Positions 63,830-64,000 of a DNA stretch of 64,000 nt are shown here, one piece after another. The position numbers were made by a program, and so were the translations under genes. The notes beneath the pieces were generated by a model. It saw only the letters and a program-made list of their open reading frames with translations. It had not been told where the DNA came from and did not search any database. Numbering within the stretch: position 1 is the stretch's first letter; each line of letters begins with the position of its first letter. The DNA comes from an uncultured Candidatus Berkelbacteria bacterium (GTDB lineage: Bacteria > Patescibacteriota > UBA1384 > CAILIB01), in assembly GCA_903834195.1 (NCBI GenBank), contig CAILIB010000029.1, positions 7,715 to 71,714 of the forward strand, given 5' to 3'.

Positions 63830-64000
63830 ATGGGGGCAACGCCCTGGACGTGGGAGGACGTAAAAGCATTTGGTATCGTTATTATCATTTTTGGCGCTAT
63901 TATCGGCGGAGGAATCTTCGGGATTCGCTTTTTTCGAAAGCCACCTGACAATTCAATACCTCAAGTTCAGCGTTTTGTTGCTCCACAACAAGCAGCTGCA
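63830..64000 (+). CDS. Small membrane protein, 3' end outside the window (partial)
   Basis: GGAGGTGAAGG lies upstream of ATG 63830. MGATPWTWEDVKAFGIVIIIFGAIIGGGIFGI.., open to the window end. Confidence 0.45.
   Translation, partial: MGATPWTWEDVKAFGIVIIIFGAIIGGGIFGIRFFRKPPDNSIPQVQRFVAPQQAAA

Noticed and set aside
63697-63951. 5' extension of the track ORF 63373..63951
   Set aside because: A perfect AAGGAGG-5 nt-ATG at 63696 gives a compact three-TM protein. The extension has no signals and would occlude the divergent gene start at 63830.
1-64000. Looked for CRISPR arrays, rRNA genes, intact IS elements, integrases, prophage or conjugation ATPase genes, and known multi-gene defence systems
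   Set aside because: I saw no direct-repeat/spacer arrays, no rRNA-like sequence, and no integrase, recombinase or VirB4/VirD4-like ORF. The only mobile-element trace is the truncated transposase at 56857-57240.

Overview
This is a gene-dense 64-kb chromosomal window with roughly 75-80 CDS on both strands, one tRNA, no rRNA and no CRISPR array. TGA, TAA and TAG all act as stops. The gene content points to a small-genome, Gram-positive-type envelope organism. The markers are five small VirB2/TrbC-like 'pilin' paralogs, a SipW-type signal peptidase with a TasA-like substrate, a sortase with a DUF3494 surface protein, many envelope glycosyltransferases and deacetylases, and a lone cyoABCDE quinol oxidase operon. 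This looks Saccharibacteria/CPR-like to me, but that is an inference I cannot verify here.

Core and housekeeping genes:
- comFC, GT39, hsp20, galU, a Kef-type antiporter, a PduO-type adenosyltransferase, rarA, tag, dut, cyoABCDE, GH1, pyrG
- a GAF-GAF-GGDEF-EAL protein and a MarR+MFS pair

Accessory material:
- mazEF and vapBC toxin-antitoxin pairs
- an EXLDI-like protein
- an rve-transposase remnant
- three short segments that are G+C-richer by eye and carry orphan small genes

Observations most worth following up:
1. Three very long hairpins have unrelated stems but share a conserved ~30-nt apical core.
2. Two strongly promoted, probably non-coding transcription units flank a TrmB regulator gene. 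One has a terminator and two SD-led 3-4 codon mini-ORFs. The other has a tRNA-like acceptor/T-arm minihelix and leads into a G+C-rich islet.
3. A third hairpin-rich, terminator-bounded segment lies at about 45.0-45.27 kb.
4. A -10-like hexamer recurs 6-7 nt upstream of start codons that lack an SD, which suggests widespread leaderless mRNAs.

All calls come from reading the sequence and ORF translations by eye. No database search was run.
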